21,035 bases of DNA from Octopus sinensis (Eukaryota): NCBI RefSeq assembly GCF_006345805.1, contig NW_021823812.1, positions 1-21,035 on the forward strand. The letters run 5' to 3'. Numbering within the stretch: position 1 is the first letter of the stretch; the number at the start of each line of letters is the position of its first letter. The notes under the pieces are model-generated. The model made no database searches, had not been told where the DNA came from, and worked only from the letters and a program-made list of their open reading frames with translations. A program made the position numbers and the translations under genes. Positions 20,491 to 21,035 of this stretch are shown piece after piece.

Positions 20491-20637
20491 CACATATATA
20501 TTATACACACTTATATATATACATATATACATACACCACACACATATATATATACATATACATATATATGCCACACACACACCACACACAACACACATAT
20601 ATATATATACATGCATATAATACATGCATATATATAT

Positions 20638-20686
<49 letters not shown>

Positions 20687-20783
20687 GCATATATTTCTAT
20701 GCTTACTCAGAGTTATATGTATATTGATATTATACATGCAAATAAACATAAATCGTATATATTTACACATATATACATACTTA

Positions 20784-20878
<95 letters not shown>

Positions 20879-20959
20879 CTATCTGTCTGTCTGTATGTTG
20901 TCTGTCTGTCTATTTGTCTGTCTATATACATATATATCAAACAATCCATCCATCAGCAA

Positions 20960-21003
<44 letters not shown>

Positions 21004-21035
21004 TCCATAGGTACATACATACATATATATACATA
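20417..21035. repeat. (TA)n, (CA)n, (CTAT)n and (CTGT)n microsatellite block
   Basis: Direct inspection. Confidence 0.95.

Overview
AT-rich, repeat-dominated eukaryotic non-coding DNA (intergenic or deep intronic). The SINE, LINE and microsatellite repertoire looks like an octopod cephalopod (Octopus-like); this is my recognition of the repeats, not a database result. No intact host protein-coding gene can be supported, and the long ORFs in the track are translations of (TA)n/(CA)n/(ATT)n/(CTA)n microsatellites. The window contains: about 16 copies or fragments of at least four tRNA-derived SINE families, some with clear target-site duplications; four decayed, co-oriented minus-strand non-LTR retrotransposons of the RLE-bearing R4/Dong type at about 9.9-17.1 kb; an internally deleted DD37D (maT) Tc1/mariner transposon; a 414-bp MITE with perfect 29-bp TIRs, an 8-bp TSD and an internal G-quadruplex motif; a probable non-autonomous Helitron 5' fragment; a tRNA-Arg pseudogene; and many microsatellites. 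I found no demonstrable new biological system. The best leads are the head-to-head inverted SINE at 1-272 (possible Penelope/hammerhead link), the tandem R4 array, a structured module shared by two SINE families, and the hairpin/TATA/octamer cassette upstream of the tRNA-Arg relic.
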